Assembly: GCF_037042905.1 (NCBI RefSeq)
Contig: NC_087263.1
Span: 6,696,001-6,760,000, forward strand
From: Lytechinus pictus
Taxonomy: Eukaryota
Length of the DNA stretch: 64,000 bases
Reading direction: 5' to 3'
This document shows, piece by piece, positions 63,208 through 64,000 of the stretch. Within the stretch, counting starts at the first letter, position 1. Each line of letters starts with the position of its first letter. A program made the position numbers and the translations under genes. The notes under the pieces were generated by a model that was not told where the DNA came from, ran no database searches, and saw nothing but the letters and a program-made list of their open reading frames with translations.

Positions 63208-64000
63208 GTGAGTTTAGTTTTTAGTTTGGTTATCATTGTTATTATTATTATTATTATCGGGGTGGAGCTGAGGGCATGCCTGCCGAATAATACGAATAGA
63301 CAGAAAGAATAAAATAAAGCTACGAGTACATTGTAGAGTACTAAGGGATTTAATATAGGTAGGGTGTCTGAAGCCACACTGAAAAGTGTCAGCATAAAAC
63401 AGGCTGATTTAGAGGAAAATATGGCACATTTTTTGGGGGAAGTTCAGGCTACTAGAAAAATGTGATCTGAATTGATTATTAACTTGTGTTTGGCATGTAT
63501 GGAAAGAGAAAATTCAGGGGCTTCTTTTGACAGTAAGGACAAGTTTATATGATCATTTTAAATAAGGATTTAGAGATAAATTGCAAACCCTTATTTTTGT
63601 GTGTGTTGAGATTGCCATTTCTCCATGCGTTTTCTATGGGAAAATGAAATTTCTGTTTTGCACAATTTTTTTTCACTTTGTCGCAATTTTTCATTGTGAT
63701 CTGGTTTCCAAATCTTTATAAAAATCATACCATCAGATAGAGCATAAAAAATCCTATTGGACTCTTTATGGACAAGTTTTTGGAATTAATAATAAATTTA
63801 TAACAGCTCTCGGAAGCTAAAAATTTGGATTTGTGTGTGTCCATTTCTTAACTACACAGTCTATGGCAGAGAAATGCTGAAAATTTACCTAATTTCATTC
63901 TTCTTTTATGCAGCCAATAATTGGATTTTTTTCAAAAATGTTACATTTCTGTCAGTCTGAAGGTCATTTCTCTTCAAATTCACAAAGAAAATGTGATATT

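Overview
AT-rich, intron- and repeat-rich animal genomic DNA. It is most likely an echinoid (sea urchin), inferred from a multi-SRCR gene, a SURL/Mag-type gypsy element and the MITE/SINE types. Three host genes are visible. (1) The first coding exon of thymidine phosphorylase (TYMP, minus strand, continuing off the left edge). (2) A complete 7-exon gene I assembled by splice phase (16208-31919), encoding a 390-aa secreted stand-alone YWTD beta-propeller protein. (3) A signal-peptide plus multi-SRCR scavenger-receptor gene (39312 to beyond the right edge; at least 6 SRCR domains). Large mobile elements are a tandem Gmr1-type (integrase-before-RT) LTR retrotransposon with a shared central LTR (19234-28181), a Tx1/L1-clade LINE inserted in a repeat-rich MITE (32157-37598), and a multi-level nest in an SRCR intron. 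That nest is a Kolobok-like MITE holding a 5-bp-TSD element with a minisatellite, plus a SURL/Mag gypsy that itself holds a CR1 fragment and a P-like footprint. The most unusual signals are a perfectly folding 72-nt tRNA gene with a UCA (opal-reading) anticodon and short variable arm, the secreted YWTD protein, possible target specificity of the Tx1 LINE, and TSD-plus-CAG/CATG scars that match a 5-bp-TSD transposon family. There are two assembly gaps. All calls come from reading the sequence; no database search was run.
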